NCBI GenBank assembly: GCA_965232265.1
Contig: CBDDPH010000002.1
Span: 1,176,290 to 1,240,289, forward strand
Origin: Candidatus Latescibacterota bacterium
Lineage (GTDB): Bacteria > Latescibacterota > UBA2968
DNA length: 64,000 nt
Direction: 5' to 3'
Positions 42,201-51,825 of this stretch are shown here, in pieces. Numbering within the stretch: the first letter of the stretch is position 1; each line of letters opens with the position of its first letter. Under the pieces are notes generated by a model. It worked only from the letters and a program-made list of their open reading frames with translations, did not search any database and was not told where the DNA came from. Both the position numbers and the translations under genes were made by a program.

Positions 42201-42686
42201 TTTTTTGAGAATATACCCATTGAGTTTCAACCTGTTGGAATGTCCTGCTGAATAAACATCCATCAAAACCGACCAGACTAATGGTTTCAATCCTTGTTCT
42301 GTTGGAATGTCCTGCTGAATCGACGTCTAAGTTTCAATCCTTGTTCTGTTGGAATGTCCTGCTAAGCTGTTTTTCAATCGCATGTTTCAATCCTTGTTCT
42401 GTTGGAATGTCCTGCTGAATGGGGCGTGATTGATTACGGTTTCAATCCTTGTTCTGTTGGAATGTCCTGCTGAATACGGCGTTTAAGTTGGACATGGTAC
42501 CCGTTTCAATCCTTGTTCTGTTGGAATGTCCTGCTGAATGTAGAGGAGGAAATAGTTGGGATGAGGTTTTCAAACGCGTTTCAATCCTTGTTCTGTTGGA
42601 ATGTCCTGCTGAATTTTTTGCACCTGTGCCATGTGGTTTCACCCCCTTTGTTTCAATCCTTGTTCTGTTGGAATGTCCTGCTGAAT
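39266..42686 (-). CRISPR. CRISPR array with 49 repeats and 48 spacers (hand count); 37-bp repeat ATTCAGCAGGACATTCCAACAGAACAAGGATTGAAAC
   Basis: Direct repeats read directly. Orientation from the ATTGAAAC 3' end, variant repeats at 39266-39450 (trailer end) and the AT-rich leader next to cas4. Confidence 0.98.
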
Positions 42687-42857
42687 CGCATTTTATGTAT
42701 ATCGTTTGAAACGACAACAAGTTACGCGAATTGACTGACGGATAAAATCTCGGTTTGATACGCCTTTTTTGCTTCTAAACGCAGACATTTAGCCATCCTT
42801 TGCAGAATGGAAATTTATCAACATATTGATTTTTAACGGATTACATCCTTGTTGTTT
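42687..42857 (-). promoter_or_regulatory. CRISPR leader
   Basis: AT-rich non-coding stretch between the cas4 stop and the first repeat. Confidence 0.75.
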
Positions 42858-43454
42858 TTACACACAAATATTTTTGTAGCAACAGTCACCACATTTAGTG
42901 CGGTTAGGTGTCTTTTTGGGCAGTCGCCCGGTTTGAATAATGCCGAGAATTTCAGCTACAATTTGTTGTGCAGTGATTTTTTCTTCCTCGCCAATCGGAA
43001 CTTCTACCAGACGACTCCCACCACGAATGTAGGCAATATATCCACGGGATACGGGCTTTTGGTAGGCTTCGTGGGCCAGTAGCCCGTAGAGTATAATTTG
43101 AATGCGATGGGTTTTGAAAGCGTGCTCGCGATAGGGTGAATATTTGTAATCCAGAGGCGCAAGGCTACCATCTTCCAAAGTCAAGACTTCATCTACAACC
43201 CCGCGCACGCCAAGGCTGGGCGATGCCAGATACACATTGAGATCGCGATCCACAACGCCGATTTTTTTACGCAAATAAAACCGGTTTTCTGTTTCGCGGC
43301 GTTTGTGGACTTCGCGGCCTTTGAGCACTTTGAAGCGTCGGTCTTCAAACTGTGGGATGTTGAGCACATTCATGTAGTAGGTAAAACGCGGACAGTAGAT
43401 ATGTTCAATCACCTCAGAGGGCGTGATCATGATGGTTGTTTCGGTATCGCTCAC
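42858..43454 (-). CDS. cas4: CRISPR-associated Cas4
   Basis: YCPR, GVVDE, LDYK, KCGDCCYKNIC. Confidence 0.95.
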   Translation of the reverse strand: MSDTETTIMITPSEVIEHIYCPRFTYYMNVLNIPQFEDRRFKVLKGREVHKRRETENRFYLRKKIGVVDRDLNVYLASPSLGVRGVVDEVLTLEDGSLAPLDYKYSPYREHAFKTHRIQIILYGLLAHEAYQKPVSRGYIAYIRGGSRLVEVPIGEEEKITAQQIVAEILGIIQTGRLPKKTPNRTKCGDCCYKNICV

Positions 43455-43756
43455 AGGAATAAACTCCTCACGTCGTCTGTAACCATCTTTTGATCAAATG
43501 CCTGGCCCTGCAAGATCACTTTGCGAAAGTCCATCGCGCACATGGGAAAAATGTACACGCTGTCGGTTTCCTCATCGATCTGGTCTTCAATACGCATTGA
43601 AAGTTCGTCCAAGCGGTTGTGTTTGACCGTGCCGAGAAAGACGGATTTTTGAACGCGATAGAGACCGGCTTCCTGACAGGCTTTGACCACATGCCGACGA
43701 ATTTTGTTGTTGGAAATGTCGTAGAGTATCCAAGTGAGCGATTCATCGGATTTCAT
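43451..43756 (-). CDS. cas2: CRISPR-associated Cas2
   Basis: ILYDIS, RVQKSVFLG, DSVYIFP. Confidence 0.95.
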   Translation of the reverse strand: MKSDESLTWILYDISNNKIRRHVVKACQEAGLYRVQKSVFLGTVKHNRLDELSMRIEDQIDEETDSVYIFPMCAMDFRKVILQGQAFDQKMVTDDVRSLFL

Positions 43757-43760
43757 GGGA

Positions 43761-44777
43761 TCATTCCTTTGTGTTTGAGTCTTGTTCGAGCAGATCATTG
43801 GCGATGCGGTGTAGATCAAATTGGATGCTGTCTCGCCGCGTGATGTTGCGTCCCCGATAGCGAATGGCTGTGTCGAGATAATCGGTAAATGATTCGATGA
43901 GTACAGCCTTGCCCTCTTTGTTCAGGGTAAGGCCGTTGCTCAATTTGTCGAATTGGTTTTGTTTGATTTTTCGCGCGGAAAAGAGGCCGATAACGGTTTC
44001 GTCGGCCCAGATGCGATATTGTTCAATGAGGTCAAAAACGAGAGATGGCTTGTTGTAGTGGTCGGTATGGATAAAGCCGATGTAGGGATCGAGTCCCGAG
44101 AGCAAACAGGCGCGTTCAACGATGCCGTAGAGCATGCCATAGGCGTAATTGAGCAGGCAGTTAAAAGGGTCTTGGGCCGGGTTGCGGCTGCGTCCATCAA
44201 AGCGATAGTGGACGGGTAATAGCAGGGATACTGCCGCCCAATAGGTGCGCCCAGCCCGACCTTCCAGACCGAGCAAACTCTGGCGCATGGGGTCAATACC
44301 AATGAACTCCGTATCAGCACACGCATTGTCTGCGAGGTCCTGCGTTTGCTCTTTGAGCGTTTTGAGACTGCCAATGGCTTCGGTAAGCGGTGCCGAAAGC
44401 CGCGTGCGCCGGTCGCGCATGCGCGTGAGCAATGCGATCTGATTGTCAAATTTGCGCCCGATCCAGCCGAGGGCGAGTTGCACGCCGAGGTCGGTTTGCG
44501 CTACCGCGAGTTGCAAGCGGCGGATAGCTGTTGTAGAACCTGGGCGGCCATGCCACACGCGCCCAAAGGGATCGCCATATTTGTCGAGAAAGAGGATGTC
44601 GATATTCTTCTCTACAGCCAGTTGCACAGCATCTGACGAAAATGCCGCACCCGTTGAGATGAGAATAGAACGCACTTTGCGAGCGGAAATTTCAGTTGAT
44701 TGATCCTTCACTTTGACCTGAAATAACTCTCCCCGCCGACTCAAATACGCGCCGTAAGTGTTGAGCACGAGTTGCAA
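43761..44777 (-). CDS. cas1: CRISPR-associated Cas1 carrying a 9-aa insert
   Basis: LGLEGRAGRTYW, NCLLNYAYGMLY, GLDPYIGFIH, LVFDLIE; TTG start after GGGAG. Confidence 0.95.
   Translation of the reverse strand: MQLVLNTYGAYLSRRGELFQVKVKDQSTEISARKVRSILISTGAAFSSDAVQLAVEKNIDILFLDKYGDPFGRVWHGRPGSTTAIRRLQLAVAQTDLGVQLALGWIGRKFDNQIALLTRMRDRRTRLSAPLTEAIGSLKTLKEQTQDLADNACADTEFIGIDPMRQSLLGLEGRAGRTYWAAVSLLLPVHYRFDGRSRNPAQDPFNCLLNYAYGMLYGIVERACLLSGLDPYIGFIHTDHYNKPSLVFDLIEQYRIWADETVIGLFSARKIKQNQFDKLSNGLTLNKEGKAVLIESFTDYLDTAIRYRGRNITRRDSIQFDLHRIANDLLEQDSNTKE
44298..44324 (-). repeat. 27-nt hairpin element in frame within cas1 (ACADTEFIG)
   Basis: GCGTGTGCTGATACGGAGTTCATTGGT. Confidence 0.6.
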
Positions 44778-44844
44778 GATGTTCTCCCGTAGATGATACT
44801 GAAACACACCTGTCTATCACAAGCGTTCAAAAAAAACTTAAAAC

Positions 44845-44872
44845 TTGATATTCGTATGGTATTGGTTATAAT
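44845..44872 (+). promoter_or_regulatory. Sigma70-like promoter antisense to the cas operon
   Basis: TTGATA-16 nt-TATAAT. Confidence 0.6.
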
Positions 44873-44877
44873 AAAAT

Positions 44878-45003
44878 TGCCAGTGGACGAAATTCGGCTC
44901 CATAGCCGTGTGATTGCCGGGCTGCGGTTCGCGCAATCCTATATCCCTAGCTTTTTATTTTTTTCTCGCCACGCCAAAGCCGCTACATTAAGCGGCTTTT
45001 TTT
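44878..45003 (+). ncRNA. Putative ~125-nt structured small RNA with intrinsic terminator
   Basis: Promoter upstream; hairpins at 44895-44908 and 44912-44938; terminator AAAGCCGCT-ACATTA-AGCGGCTTTTTTT. Confidence 0.5.
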
Positions 45004-45043
45004 GTGTGTAATACACACCATAAGTGTTGAGCCTGAGTTTCAC
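44939..45043 (-). pseudogene. Remnant N-terminus of a second cas1
   Basis: GGAGGG RBS then GTG: MKLRLNTYGVY versus intact Cas1 MQLVLNTYGAY; similarity is lost after about 11 codons. Confidence 0.7.
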
Positions 45044-45054
45044 AATAGTCCCTC

Positions 45055-45717
45055 CTAAACTTCACGCATCAAACCAAAACCATTGGACGTCAATTTACCG
45101 ATGCCAAGACCAGTAGGCAGAATCATATTGGAAACAAAGGATACTTTTACCCCCTTAAATACGACACCGTGATGTTTTAATGATAGAATTGAGAAGTTCA
45201 GGACACGAGTCATCAGACGTTCCGTGAGATAAATACCAATTCCTTTACATAGTGAGAGATAATTTCCATTCAGGATTTTCTCCAAAAGCTTTCTCCGGCT
45301 TTCAAATTTCGGTTCTTTCTGAAATATTGCGTGGTTCTTTTCATTAAGTGCCAGCCAGGGAGTAATTGAGCGATAACTGATTAGATTGTCTGATAGTCCG
45401 ATAACTGCTATCTCGTCTTCCAACTCTGCGCCCATAATTTGATATTGAATGCCTCCTATTCTGAGTGTATGACCTTGGCTGTAAATCTCTTGCAAAATTT
45501 GAAGGCCATCGTCAAAGGAAATGAGTTGTGGGAGGTTATTCAAGACGATATAGCGAACTCTGGGAGAGCGATAATCAAATTGATCTCCCTTATGATTATG
45601 TAATACTGGTCGATCAGAAAATGCGCCTGTTATTGCTCTTCGAAGTTCCGATCCATGATGCTTAAAGGGACGATCAGTGTAAATTTTTAAGCGTCGGATA
45701 TGTATATGTTCTGACAT
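45055..45717 (-). CDS. cas6: CRISPR endoribonuclease Cas6 (Cas6b-like)
   Basis: LHNH, TPWLALN, GLGIGKLTSNGFG Gly-rich loop. Confidence 0.9.
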   Translation of the reverse strand: MSEHIHIRRLKIYTDRPFKHHGSELRRAITGAFSDRPVLHNHKGDQFDYRSPRVRYIVLNNLPQLISFDDGLQILQEIYSQGHTLRIGGIQYQIMGAELEDEIAVIGLSDNLISYRSITPWLALNEKNHAIFQKEPKFESRRKLLEKILNGNYLSLCKGIGIYLTERLMTRVLNFSILSLKHHGVVFKGVKVSFVSNMILPTGLGIGKLTSNGFGLMREV

Positions 45718-45761
45718 CTCAATTTCCTATAATGATTACGCCTGAAATGATAGAGGCGAGA

Positions 45762-48137
45762 TCAAAAACACACCAAATTCGGCTCTTTTTCTGCCTTATA
45801 CCCAAACCTTTTATCATAGCCTCCGAGTTGGGTATCCAACATACACAGGTCGTCAACAGCATCGCTTGCATACACTTGTACAATGCGCTCCATCAAAGCA
45901 GCACGGATTTTATAGAATTCCATCTTGCGTTTTATTGGATTTTCGATTTCTTGGATCCCGAGATATTGATCCCAAATTTCTCGATCACCATTATCCTGGA
46001 CGATATAATAAGATTGTTGGGGTAATTCCTCGATAAGCTGAAAACGATCTTCTACCTCTTCAAACTGTCCACAGGCCAGCAGACGATCAATAGGTTCTTC
46101 ACTGTTATGTGTGCGTTCATAAACCATTTTGAAATAAGATTCTCCCAACTCCAAAAATTGAGATTCCTTGACTTCTTCATATTGGCTTAGGAGCTCTTGC
46201 GTTGCACCTATCAATACTGGGCTATAAATCCGTGTGAACTGTTTCTCTCGTTCATCTATTAAAGACCAAACTCTTACAATTCCTCCATCACCATCTCCAT
46301 GCCGATTACAACGTCCCGATGTTTGAATAATCGCGTCTAATGGTGCAAGATCCCTTTCAATCCGATCTACACTCAGATCAACACCTGCTTCTATCAATTG
46401 TGTCGTAATGACCAAAACGGGTTGATCTGAAGCCAGTGCTTTGCCAATGTCTTCAATCCGATCTTTGCGGTCTTTAGGCGTCAGCAGTGCTGAAAGCGGG
46501 TAGATGCAAAATCCTTCGATGTTGACCTTTTTTTCAAATATTTCTGTTAGCTCACCCACAAGCTTTCGATAATTGACCACAATCATACGACTGAGATCCG
46601 GATTTTGATGAATTTCTTCGACAATTTCATTTATAAAACTCTCAAGAAGTGTATTCTCAGTTGCCCGATTGACAAGACACACACGCGATAGTTTTTGATA
46701 ATATTCTGGATGTTTGGGTAAAAGCTCTCTGGACATATCGGGTGTAAAAATCAACGGTTTTGTGGCTGTCATTAGTATGAAGCGCGTTTCAAGACATCGG
46801 CTCATCACTTGCAATATATTGCGAATAGCTCGCCAGTATTTCGGAGGAATGGCCTGCACCTCATCGAGAATGACAATGGCTCTACGCAGCGTTGGCAAGC
46901 GTTTGAGATTCCGATTTCTGCCTGTGAAAAACGTATGAAGAAATTGATAAAATGTGGTCACTACAAGTTCTGATTGCCAGGTTTCAACGAAAAGCTCGGC
47001 CCCATCAGGATCAAACTCCGGGTCTAAAGAGCGGTATTTCATATCTGTGAGATGGTGATGTTTTAAGAGCAAATCCGTTGTTTCGGCAAGTCCTCCATGT
47101 TCTAATACTTTTCGATAGACATCGTGATTTTGGTCAATAATCGCAGTAAAAGGCAAGCAATAGATGATACGCGGGTTTTCTTGATAGACTTCATGCAATT
47201 CATGGCGCAGACGAATTGCTGCATCCAAAGCAGTCAAAGTTTTTCCCGATCCGGTTGGTGCGGTAAGCGTAAATAATTTCTCATCTGAATGAGCAGATAA
47301 CTCACATAAAACATCATCTCTTATACGGTCTCTCGGTTCATCAAGAGGAGACGGTTTATGGTCAGAGTCTTGTTTTAAGTGCATCAAATATTGAGAGACA
47401 AGAGAATCGGGAATTGCCAGACGACTGAATTCTGTTTCTCCTGTTGCGGTATGGATTTTATCCATCTGTAAAAGACTGCCAAATCCAAATAAGAAATCCA
47501 CCGCTTGATCAAATTGCTCCAAACAGACCTCCTGATCGTTATTTGGAAAAGCTTTTCGCAGACGAAAGGGAGATATGTCCTGTACAGCTTTCCGCAGAAC
47601 CGATCCATTGAGATCAGGCACTTCAAAGTGAAGGTCGAACTCAAGCAAGGTCTTCCTTAGCCATTGTGTAATACCAAAGAGGTCCATGCTGTTAATTTGA
47701 CGAGCAAATGTCCCTTGTGGGGCAGAATCTTCTCGAAGATGGCCTCTGGCCTCGGCATAATAGTCCGTCCACGACTTTCGCAGATTGCCATGGTGTTTCA
47801 TAACAGATGTAATCACCGAGAGTTGGAATTGATAGGCAGCTGTCTGGTCGGGTGCTTGGACGCTTTGACTAATCAACCAACCAATGATCGCAGAAACAAA
47901 TGAATGGTTGGAGAGTTCAGACTTTTCTCCTTTACGGCCCGGTTGAACGCGCTCTTGAAACCAAAAGGTCGCTTTACCCAAATCATGGACGAGGGCAGAC
48001 AATAGTGCAGCCTGGGAAGGGAGAGACCGGCTACCTTTCCACAGTTGATTTACACCTTTGGCGACCTCTGTAAGGTGCGTTTGCAGAAAGTCGTCTGGCG
48101 GATGCGCCAAACATTCAGAAAAACAGTATTTGGTCAT
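45762..48137 (-). CDS. cas3: Cas3 HD nuclease-helicase
   Basis: HDLGK, KHHG, APTGSGKT, DEVQ, TAT, QTSGRCNR. Confidence 0.96.
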   Translation of the reverse strand: MTKYCFSECLAHPPDDFLQTHLTEVAKGVNQLWKGSRSLPSQAALLSALVHDLGKATFWFQERVQPGRKGEKSELSNHSFVSAIIGWLISQSVQAPDQTAAYQFQLSVITSVMKHHGNLRKSWTDYYAEARGHLREDSAPQGTFARQINSMDLFGITQWLRKTLLEFDLHFEVPDLNGSVLRKAVQDISPFRLRKAFPNNDQEVCLEQFDQAVDFLFGFGSLLQMDKIHTATGETEFSRLAIPDSLVSQYLMHLKQDSDHKPSPLDEPRDRIRDDVLCELSAHSDEKLFTLTAPTGSGKTLTALDAAIRLRHELHEVYQENPRIIYCLPFTAIIDQNHDVYRKVLEHGGLAETTDLLLKHHHLTDMKYRSLDPEFDPDGAELFVETWQSELVVTTFYQFLHTFFTGRNRNLKRLPTLRRAIVILDEVQAIPPKYWRAIRNILQVMSRCLETRFILMTATKPLIFTPDMSRELLPKHPEYYQKLSRVCLVNRATENTLLESFINEIVEEIHQNPDLSRMIVVNYRKLVGELTEIFEKKVNIEGFCIYPLSALLTPKDRKDRIEDIGKALASDQPVLVITTQLIEAGVDLSVDRIERDLAPLDAIIQTSGRCNRHGDGDGGIVRVWSLIDEREKQFTRIYSPVLIGATQELLSQYEEVKESQFLELGESYFKMVYERTHNSEEPIDRLLACGQFEEVEDRFQLIEELPQQSYYIVQDNGDREIWDQYLGIQEIENPIKRKMEFYKIRAALMERIVQVYASDAVDDLCMLDTQLGGYDKRFGYKAEKEPNLVCF

Positions 48138-48804
48138 CGCCCACCTCATAAGCTTGATCGGTTTCAACCGTTATTGAATCACCATCCTCTGCGACAACGA
48201 CCTCCCGGTAATCTACAACTGTTCTATCTGGTTGCATTTGTGCTGGTACTCGATAGCGAACATAGCACCGACCCGGTTCATATCTGCAATTTTCTTCGGG
48301 ATCAGGTACAACAGAGGCAATATTACACTCCGTCTGCGAAAGTAGCTGGGCCTCAAATGCACCGACAAAAACAACATTTGCGATACATTGTGCAAGGCCA
48401 AGAGACGGTGTATAGACTGTTCTGCCCGTCCGAAGTTGGTCCTCCAGGTCTTGCATGGCTTCATCTGTGGCTTCTGCAATATAAATCCGAAAAGCTGGAT
48501 CAATAAGAAATTCATAGGGATACTGACCCCGTAAAGCGCTGTCTTTCTTTCTCGGATCAGGTTCTAAGCGGAGATTTAGCCCTGTCCTGTATTTTCGGGT
48601 TGCGCGGAGCAAGCGAATACCGACACGCACATTTTCCCATCCAATTTTAGTCAGGTATTCTTCCTTTCCATAACCAACAATAGCACCCGTAAGCCCCAAA
48701 ATGGTCGGTGGTGGTGGAAAAGGATAAGTTACAGGAGAAGCAGGCGCATACGGTTTGCGAAAATGTCCATAAGGCCCACTCACATCGAATACAATGGTGT
48801 GCAT
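48115..48804 (-). CDS. cas5: Cas5 (type I-B)
   Basis: GPYGHFRKP, TYPFPPPPTILG, YTPSLGLA. Confidence 0.92.
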   Translation of the reverse strand: MHTIVFDVSGPYGHFRKPYAPASPVTYPFPPPPTILGLTGAIVGYGKEEYLTKIGWENVRVGIRLLRATRKYRTGLNLRLEPDPRKKDSALRGQYPYEFLIDPAFRIYIAEATDEAMQDLEDQLRTGRTVYTPSLGLAQCIANVVFVGAFEAQLLSQTECNIASVVPDPEENCRYEPGRCYVRYRVPAQMQPDRTVVDYREVVVAEDGDSITVETDQAYEVGDDQILFF

Positions 48805-48808
48805 TAGA

Positions 48809-49795
48809 TCACCCAATGGTCAAGGGGGTTGATTGCAGGTCACGACTTACAGCCAGTGATGTAAAATCGCCTTCACTATCTCCGTCTCTAAGTTTAAGGC
48901 GAGAATCCTGAACAATCTCCAATCCTTCAATATCATCTTTAAGCTCGCTAAGACCATCGAGCAATTGTGTGACGTTGATTTCATAATCATCAATCGAACG
49001 AATAGCTATGTCCTCTTTTTCGCTTGTCAAAGAGATTCGACCAGAAAGGTCGCCCAAGCGTCGTCCATTGGCGTAGCTTATCACCAATAGCAAAAGAGGT
49101 TGATGGCCCATCTTTGATCGGCTGATCAGTGATTCCGTCCCCTTCCAGAGTCCTTCGAACAATAACGAAACGTCATCTTCCGATAATTCAGTTGTCTGCG
49201 CTGCGATTTCATTGACAATGCCATACGCAGATATAAGAGCATAAGGGAGCATGTGGTCTTCACGAAAAGATTTCTGAGTGGCATTCTTCCTTGATGCAAA
49301 ACCTGCTGTTCCTTGTATAAGCTGCGGACTTACACGATGCAATGAGCGATTGAATCCTGAAAACTGGACTGGTCCTGTTAGACGTATAGATGACTTTTTT
49401 TTGCTACTTTGTTCCACTGGTAGAGTTGCTCCAAAAAGCCTTGCATCAATACAACGTTCCAAGATGATGCCACGGACTTTCCTGACCATTTCCGTAATTG
49501 TATCGGCTTTGGTCACGCCCGCTTCCTCAAGAAAATCATCACAACGACCTTTTCCATCTTTGAGATACCCTTGTTCATCTTCTGTATCTCTGACAAGGAT
49601 TTCAAGGTCTTTGGTTTGAAACAAATAATCTCGCACAGTTCTCTTTATCCTCACGTCGGTTACAGTTGCCACTCCAGTTTCGGGATCGGTACGCGGTTTG
49701 TTTTCATCAAGGGGATCACCATTGGGATTACAGTCTTTTGTTTCGTACAGAAATAGAATTTCCATACGGTTTTTAATCGAATTTTGATCAGCCAT
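48809..49795 (-). CDS. cas7: Cas7 (Csh2, type I-B)
   Basis: NPNGDPLDENKPR, TDVRIKRTVRD, IDARLFG, LTGPVQF, SRSK. Confidence 0.94.
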   Translation of the reverse strand: MADQNSIKNRMEILFLYETKDCNPNGDPLDENKPRTDPETGVATVTDVRIKRTVRDYLFQTKDLEILVRDTEDEQGYLKDGKGRCDDFLEEAGVTKADTITEMVRKVRGIILERCIDARLFGATLPVEQSSKKKSSIRLTGPVQFSGFNRSLHRVSPQLIQGTAGFASRKNATQKSFREDHMLPYALISAYGIVNEIAAQTTELSEDDVSLLFEGLWKGTESLISRSKMGHQPLLLLVISYANGRRLGDLSGRISLTSEKEDIAIRSIDDYEINVTQLLDGLSELKDDIEGLEIVQDSRLKLRDGDSEGDFTSLAVSRDLQSTPLTIG

Positions 49796-49796
49796 T

Positions 49797-51581
49797 TTAG
49801 TCTCCTTCTTCTTCAGTTAAGACAGCATTTTTATCTGTTTCCCGGATTTTACCTGCAAGGCTCATGCCCAGTGTAAAAGCAAAAGTCGATTCTTCGTCAG
49901 AGATATTCCATTCTTCGCCGCATTTAATCCACGCTTCTGCGAGTTGCGGATCAAGTGTTTTAGCGACCAATCCAAAGCTATTATACTGGTGCAATTTAGT
50001 TTGTGCCTCGGGATAAATCTGCTGGAGTTTCCGACGATCCATTTTTATACCCTGAACTTTTTTTAAAAACGGTGTCCGTTTATCGAGGTTCTGATATTGA
50101 ACGGATGTCACTGCGCTAACATAACAGCCGGTCAGAAAAGCAACGACTTTTTCTTGGCAATCAAAAAACTCAGGATGATCTGTTACATACTTTCCATACA
50201 CATTGTCGGATTCTACCATTGTTACACCTCCTTTCGGTGGGGTTAAAATATCAAGAAGACTTAGAAAGCGATATGTCGCCCAAGCATCTCGGACGGTAAA
50301 TATGGCTTTATCCGGTTCTCTTTTGTAAGATGCGAGAATAACGGATACAACATCTCGCAAAAATACCTCACGAGCAATTTTGCTTGTGCGACCAGCGAAA
50401 ATTTGGTCAACATAAGTCAAGAACTGCTTCTGGCTACTTTTGTCCGTTCTTGTGCCCGTAAATTGGCGTAAGGTTTTCAGGGTAAAACCGTAGGTCTTAT
50501 TCTTACCAAAAACCAATAGAGGATCGGAATCTATCTGGCTTTTGATACGGTATATTTCTTGAATGCGTGAAGGTAAAACAGTCGGAATTTCAGCGGTAAT
50601 TCTCCAAGCGGCATTCTTTTTTTGAAAAAAGATCAGGGACAAGATAATCTCATCTTTGTCTCCAGAAACATCAGCGATTGCTTCCAGAATCTCATCTTCA
50701 GAGTTTGTAATTGTCTTCAAGGCATCCTTCTTAAGCGAAATGCCTCGTTCGCGTTTCTCCAATTCTTCAATGACATAGTGCCTCAATTCAGGGTTGTGAA
50801 TTTGGGGCAAAAGCAGATACAATTCTCCTGCTAAGTTGAATTGGAGATTTGAATTGACAAAATTCCAACCTTTAGACACCGCAAGCATACAATAATCACA
50901 TACAGGAAAATTTCGTGTCGCAGCACTATGATCCATACCGCCCGCGATTAAACCTCTTTTATCGAGATTATAGCACGAGATCAATGAGAAATTTCCATAT
51001 ACCTTATCTGCCAGTTTGCCACATACAGAACAAACTTGATTTTCAGCTTCTAATGGCTGTTTCTGGACGCGCCCATATCGGGAGAGTACCTCAGAGATTG
51101 CGAATTGTTTGACATATTCGTTTTCGTAAAATGGGACTGGTTTAGTACCTTCAAGCCAACTCAAATACACAAAAGGATATTTTTCATGTGTATCAAGCTT
51201 TTCAAGCTCATTTTTAATATCCTCAGCAATTTGAGGCTCATTATATCCGTCCAGAATATTATCTATCTGGTCCTGAACGGATTCAGCCTGTGGTGATTGA
51301 TTAAAAGTCTCTAAACATTTCCGAAGTCTGTGTGTAACTTTCTTAGAACAGCCTGCATATTTTGAGATGGCCAATGGATCAAATCCATTGGGAGCACCTT
51401 TAATATAGATCACATTTTTGCTACCTTCTGTTATTATGATGTTTTTGTATTGACCAACTTCATCGAAACAGACAGCCAATCCATAATGATATGACGGTTC
51501 CAGACCTTCATTCAAAAGTTTAATACGATCACTTTCATCGCCATAACGAATCTGAGAAATGTGAAGTAGCCGTTCAAACAT
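49797..51581 (-). CDS. cas8b: Cas8b (Csh1-like) large subunit
   Basis: First gene of the Cascade operon; CSVC and NFPVCDYC Zn motifs; AFLTG and FAFTLG C-terminus. Confidence 0.85.
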   Translation of the reverse strand: MFERLLHISQIRYGDESDRIKLLNEGLEPSYHYGLAVCFDEVGQYKNIIITEGSKNVIYIKGAPNGFDPLAISKYAGCSKKVTHRLRKCLETFNQSPQAESVQDQIDNILDGYNEPQIAEDIKNELEKLDTHEKYPFVYLSWLEGTKPVPFYENEYVKQFAISEVLSRYGRVQKQPLEAENQVCSVCGKLADKVYGNFSLISCYNLDKRGLIAGGMDHSAATRNFPVCDYCMLAVSKGWNFVNSNLQFNLAGELYLLLPQIHNPELRHYVIEELEKRERGISLKKDALKTITNSEDEILEAIADVSGDKDEIILSLIFFQKKNAAWRITAEIPTVLPSRIQEIYRIKSQIDSDPLLVFGKNKTYGFTLKTLRQFTGTRTDKSSQKQFLTYVDQIFAGRTSKIAREVFLRDVVSVILASYKREPDKAIFTVRDAWATYRFLSLLDILTPPKGGVTMVESDNVYGKYVTDHPEFFDCQEKVVAFLTGCYVSAVTSVQYQNLDKRTPFLKKVQGIKMDRRKLQQIYPEAQTKLHQYNSFGLVAKTLDPQLAEAWIKCGEEWNISDEESTFAFTLGMSLAGKIRETDKNAVLTEEEGD

Positions 51582-51611
51582 GATTTTTTCCTTTTGTTAT
51601 AAAGTGATGAT

Positions 51612-51707
51612 TCCTAAATCCTTGTTTTAATGGATTTTGCAGACTAATTTTTCATTTACAAACAAACCATGCTTCAATCCTTGTTTTGATAGAGATTGAT
51701 TGGCCAG
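51612..51707 (-). CRISPR. Degenerate mini-CRISPR (two pseudo-repeats and a 22-nt spacer); CreR/CreA-like guide
   Basis: 51612-51648 matches the array repeat at 23/37 ungapped; 51671-51693 matches at 19/23; spacer ATGGTTTGTTTGTAAATGAAAA. Confidence 0.85.
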
Positions 51708-51771
51708 TAATGTTCACCAGATATAGAAAATAAAAGTTGCTTTTTTGGGGAGGTTGGCTATATTTTTTGTC

Positions 51772-51825
51772 AGCGACCAGAATGGGCCGGTGCTAACCGA
51801 CCCGGGACTAATGTCCCTGGCCGCT
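51772..51825. ncRNA. Three-way-junction RNA downstream of DUF3800
   Basis: Minus-strand fold: P1 AGCGGCCAG/CTGGTCGCT, P2 GGAC-ATTA-GTCC, P3 GGGTCGG-TTAGCA-CCGGCCC. Confidence 0.65.

Noticed and set aside
39463-42550. Two spacers share GTAGAGGAGG
   Set aside because: A single 10-nt match among 48 spacers, with no similarity in the flanks, is too weak to interpret.
39319-42734. Many ORFs with repeating FQSLFCWNVLLN or SAGHSNRTRIET peptides
   Set aside because: These are translations of CRISPR repeats, not genes.
44856-44877. Possible second target of the mini-array spacer in the sRNA promoter (ATGGTATTGGTTATAATAAAAT)
   Set aside because: Only 13/22 match, with mismatches at seed-proximal positions 8-10 and a CGT flank instead of TTA. 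Shared AT-rich -10 composition explains it.
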